NCBI GenBank assembly: GCA_903813345.2
Contig: CAIIXF020000001.1
Coordinates: 34,038,001 to 34,102,000 of the forward strand
Source: Owenia fusiformis
Taxonomy: Eukaryota
Direction of reading: 5' to 3'
DNA: 64,000 bases
Part shown: in pieces, positions 60,979 to 64,000 of the stretch
Layout: the number at the start of each line of letters is the position of its first letter
Numbering within the stretch: position 1 is the first letter of the stretch
Position numbers and translations under genes: made by a program
Notes under the pieces: model-generated
Seen by the model: the letters and a program-made list of their open reading frames with translations, nothing else
What the model was told of the DNA's origin: nothing
The model's database searches: none

Positions 60979-61553
60979 TGTAACCATGGGGCGAGGGACA
61001 ACACATGGGAACACGAAAAATGATGTAAAACTATAAAACACTGATTTATTTCAAAAATATATATGCAAATGGAATAAAATATCTGGTTTAAAGTGACAAT
61101 CTAGCTTAAAGTGAATAGCTAGCTTAAAGTGAATAGTTAGCTTAAAGTGAATAGCTAACTTAAAGTGAATAGCCAACTTAAAGTGAATACTATCTAGCTC
61201 AAAAATCTATCTGTCTAAATGACCAAAATCTATCTGCCTAAATGACCAAAATCTATCTGACTAAATGACCAAAATCTATCTGCCTAAATGACCAGGCCAC
61301 CCGCTAGGGCACCCACACTTGACCCTGAATATATCTCAACAGGGTGGTGAGTATTAGCACTAGAAAGCCCACTGGTAGACCCGTGGCAGGTCCTGGCTGT
61401 TTGAAAGTTGAGGCTAATACTGAAGAAAACATGTGAAGTGTGAATGAAAGTTAAGCTCCCAGCAGGGTTTGATTAGCCTACAGAAAACTGTAAAATGAAA
61501 TATTTAGCCCTCCATAACAGGGTTATTGAAAATATAAAAATCCAAATGTCACA
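60979..61553 (-). repeat. 5' LTR (575 bp)
   Basis: TG...CA ends; one more 18-bp unit than the 3' LTR. Confidence 0.95.
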
Positions 61554-61774
61554 CTAAAATTGCTAAGTTTGTAAAAATTATGAAAGGACATTTTTTTACA
61601 CAAATAATAAAAAAGTATTCTTCAAATATCAAAAATCTAAGTTTTTCTTTCCTAGAGTATCATAACAAGGAAAGGATGTACACTAAAGATAAATGGAAGA
61701 TTGATTTTAAATTTCACATAAATTGGAAAATGTATTTTAATAAAAAGATTATAGCAATTGTTGATAAAAAGGTA

Positions 61775-61999
61775 CACTCCCCTCCATAAGTTTGGCAACC
61801 TTTTTTCCCCCATTGAACTACGTGTTAAAGCCTCTTTACCTTTGAATTTTTATTTACTTAACCTGCGATGAAAATACTTATACTATTGGTGGAAACGTAA
61901 TTTGACTTTAATTCCAATACCTCCAAATTTTCTCAATTGTTTTCCTCATTTACAATAGGTCGAAAATTGATGATAACTTTGATGAATTTTTGAAAATCG
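61775..61999 (+). mobile_element. Tc1/mariner-like element left end (copy 2), truncating the Tx1-like ORF2
   Basis: TA|CACTCCCCTCCATAAGTTTGGCAACC, matching 5317-5540. Confidence 0.65.
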
Positions 62000-64000
62000 A
62001 CAACCCTTCCTATTTTGAAGATAATCATGTGATTGTAAGATACTAGGAATATGGGTGTTATTACTCTAGAACTGTTCTGCAGGGGGTCTTTTGGAGATTG
62101 ATAAATCAATATAGGGTTTTTATACAATTTAACGGCTAAATATATTAGAAATAAGAAATATTTAAAATGTGCCTGTGGGATTTTTTGAAATGTCAATATA
62201 TTAACTATAGAAATCTACAATATTAGGAAATTGTATAGTAGACTTTTTGATAAAAGGACATTTTAATAAAGCCATATTGATAGCGGTTTATAATGGCAGC
62301 CAATGGAGATTTTCCAAAATTCAAACGCCAATATCTTTTGAACTAGGCAAAAGAAAAAAACATCCCTTCTTATTTTGAAGATAATCATGTTATTGTAAGA
62401 ATCTAGTAATATGGGCTTTATTACTTTAGAACTGTTCTGCAGGGGGTCCTTTGAAGATTGATTAATTAACATGGAGCTCAATGTAAATGTGCAGAATTTT
62501 TGAGGCCACTTTTCCCCATCACTTCGTTAGATATCAAAAATATATGTATTAATGATACTTCTGTCAAATAATGGTGCTTTATATATAGCATGTGCAATTG
62601 AAGAGCTAACTGACTGCACTATACTGCATCATTACCATATTTGGATGTTCATGATAACTTTTCAAAATGGCGTTTTTAATACATCACATATTTGTACATT
62701 GAAATTATTTAGGTGAAAATAGAAAGAAATACTATATTTATTATTTAGATTAGTGTACACTCGCGTTGTCTAAATAACCGATGTCATGTAGAAACTGAAA
62801 AAACTTGTTGTACAGGAATATCTTGAATATTCTTTTTGTATATTCTATTCAGAAGTCATAAAATGTCATGATAATTAAAGAAAGGATCCATCGTTATCTG
62901 ACCGTGTTGAGGGGTTCAATATTGTTGCTACATTTCCATTTCTTTATAGATCACTTGAGTTAGTGATTAATTGGGAATGATGGCTGCATCCTTAGTTTTC
63001 AGAAGTCATATGACTTTCGCATAAATCTTCAACGCTTTTGAAATTACCAATCGAGTTTTACTTATGTTCGAGACATCATAAGGTGTAAGGTAGTGGAAGC
63101 CACAATGTTGGTCAAAGGTTTGTTTTCGTATGTGAGTCCCGGACTTTAAAATTCTGGAGTTGGTTTTCCCAAGTACTTCCTAAACCTAGTAACGAGAGTA
63201 TTGGCTATGAGAGTTACGGTGTCTTGTGGACTTTTAAAACTAGATTTGATTATCTTATACTTTCAAACGGACTATCGCATCTAGGATCTAGATATTCTGG
63301 TTATGATGGAGAGTTAGCGTTACACAATCTCCGCATTCTGACGATGAAAAAACAAATGCCATTTTATTTGTCCCCTTGTACGATTTCTACAAATATTCAG
63401 TCTTATAGACAACAAATCTATGGTTATTTTTCAACCTGAAATATTGATTTCAGAAAATTGTGATGCATGTTCACGCCCGGTGATCGTGAAAATGGGACGG
63501 AGGGGGAGCAAGCAATTTCTGGTAGAAAAATGAACAAATCTGCAAAAATTATTTTTTCAAGAAAAGGTTTATGATTTAATTGCTAAACGAATAGGCGCAC
63601 GGTATGGTAAAATATGTCACGTATTCTACGAATTTTTTTAGCCGATTCTCTTCTTAGGTATAAGATCTATTAAAAAAGGCGCAACGCCACCAACGTGCAA
63701 AAGTCAATGTTTTTGCTTAAATCAAGCATCAACGGTCTACACAACCTGCAATAAATATTTGTAAGTGACAATATCATCATAAAATTAATGACCTTAATGA
63801 CTTTACAAAATATGTTTCCATACGTTGTATAAAAAATAATCGAAAATAATTAAAATGGGACGGAGGGGGGGGGGACGGAGGGGGGAGCAATATGTCTCTA
63901 AGATATGATATGAGATGTTACTTGATACTTTATATCCAGATTTTCCCATTATCTCCTCAATTAAAAAGGGTCAGGAATTGATAACATGTTGTACTTGTTA

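Larger units (their letters stand above)
53960..61553 (-). mobile_element. Complete Ty3/Gypsy LTR retrotransposon
   Basis: Two LTRs, TSD CTAA (53956-53959 and 61554-61557), PBS next to the 5' LTR, domain order gag-PR-RT-RH-IN. Confidence 0.95.
50150..61774 (+). mobile_element. Decayed L1/Tx1-clade LINE (ORF1 with CCHC knuckles plus NADAR; ORF2 APE-RT), internally deleted and interrupted by three insertions
   Basis: Collinear plus-strand fragments: ORF1 50323-51369, APE 51564-52400, RT 52523-52800, post-RT 52790-53959, resuming at 61554-61774 after the Gypsy TSD. The 5' boundary is approximate. Confidence 0.85.

Noticed and set aside
63472..63890. Possible left end of another CACGCC element with repeated GGGACGGAGGGGG motifs
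   Set aside because: No partner terminus or TSD within the window, so it cannot be supported.

Overview
Very AT-rich, repeat-saturated eukaryotic DNA, most likely from an invertebrate. The repeat families resemble those of annelids or molluscs, but that is inference. It contains two 500-N scaffold gaps, and I found no convincing host protein-coding gene, rRNA, intact tRNA or CRISPR array. Almost all interpretable sequence is mobile DNA, often nested. (1) A full-length, ORF-intact CR1/L2-group LINE (15617-22358, minus strand, poly(A) tail, TSD) whose ORF2 starts with a ~152-aa hydrophobic leader ending in a 2A-like DVHQNPGP motif. It lies at the centre of a five-level nest of insertions with readable TSDs; two of the shells are CAC...GTG elements with 5-bp TSDs (Transib-like). 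(2) A decayed L1/Tx1-clade LINE (~50150-61774) whose ORF1 carries two CCHC-type knuckles fused to a NADAR (YbiA-like) domain; this is the most unusual signal in the window. That LINE is interrupted by a MITE, by a complete Ty3/Gypsy LTR element (53960-61553, near-identical LTRs, TSD CTAA, three frameshifts) and by a Tc1-like end. (3) Further remnants: a 5'-truncated Tx1-like LINE, a DIRS/Ngaro gag fragment, a probable Penelope fragment, many MITEs, tRNA-derived heads and an abundant TGACCT/AGGTCA-rich interspersed repeat. Family names rest on motif recognition by eye; no database searches were run.
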